Part shown: positions 63,604-64,000 of the stretch, piece after piece
Layout: each line of letters opens with the position of its first letter
How positions within the stretch are numbered: position 1 is the first letter of the stretch
DNA from: Mobula hypostoma
Lineage: Eukaryota
Length of the DNA: 64,000 nt
Reading direction: 5' to 3'
NCBI RefSeq assembly: GCF_963921235.1
Contig: NC_086118.1
Location: 18,416,001-18,480,000, forward strand
The notes under the pieces: generated by a model
Told to the model about the DNA's origin: nothing
What the model saw: only the letters and a program-made list of their open reading frames with translations
Databases searched by the model: none
Translations under genes and position numbers: made by a program

Positions 63604-64000
63604 CATAGAAAAACATAGAAAATAGGTGCAGGAGTAGGCCATTCGGCCCTTCGAGCCTGCACCGCCATTTATTATGATCATGGCTGATCATCCAACTCAG
63701 AACCCTGCACCAGCCTTCCCTCCATACCCTCTGATCCCCGTAGCCACAAGGGCCATATCTAACTCCCTCTTAAATATAGCCAATGAACTGGCCTCAACTG
63801 TTTCCTGTGGCAGAGAATTCCACAGATTCACCACTCTCTGTGTGAAGAAGTTTTTCCTAATCTCAGTCCTAAAAGGCTTCGCCTTTATCCTCAAACCGTG
63901 ACCCTTCGTTCTGGACTTCCCCAACATCGGGAACAATCTTCCTGCATCTAGCCTGTCCAATCCCTTTAGGATTTTATACGTTTCAATCAGATCCCCCCTC
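63604..64000 (-). mobile_element. CR1 3' end running off the window edge
   Basis: FRTEIRKNFFTQRVVNLWNSLPQ; tail catagaaaaacatagaaa. Confidence 0.88.

Overview
Repeat-rich vertebrate genomic DNA. The CR1/Rex-Babar/Penelope/RTE repeat mix suggests a cartilaginous fish such as a ray or skate (inference). The only host gene I can support is SHISA6 on the minus strand: the last two coding exons (32929-32777 and 30649-30063, ending in the PDZ ligand TEVTV) plus a probable TE-poor 3' UTR. Everything above 32930 is probably SHISA6 intron. Nearly all other ORFs in the track are transposon fragments or spurious frames. The most striking structure is a 5.6-kb tail-out inverted dimer of a Neptune-type Penelope-like retroelement (1329-6895). 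It is bounded by one perfect 14-bp target-site duplication, each arm ends in a minimal hammerhead ribozyme motif, and both arms share the same endonuclease frameshift. The same asymmetric inverted geometry recurs in 150-200 bp miniature copies elsewhere in the window. Also present: a hammerhead motif from a second PLE family, a Tc1 remnant very similar to the Sleeping Beauty right end, a solo LTR, hAT and Harbinger MITEs, a young tRNA-derived SINE and several nested insertions. Boundaries of old, degenerate repeats are approximate, and family names come from recalled motifs rather than searches.
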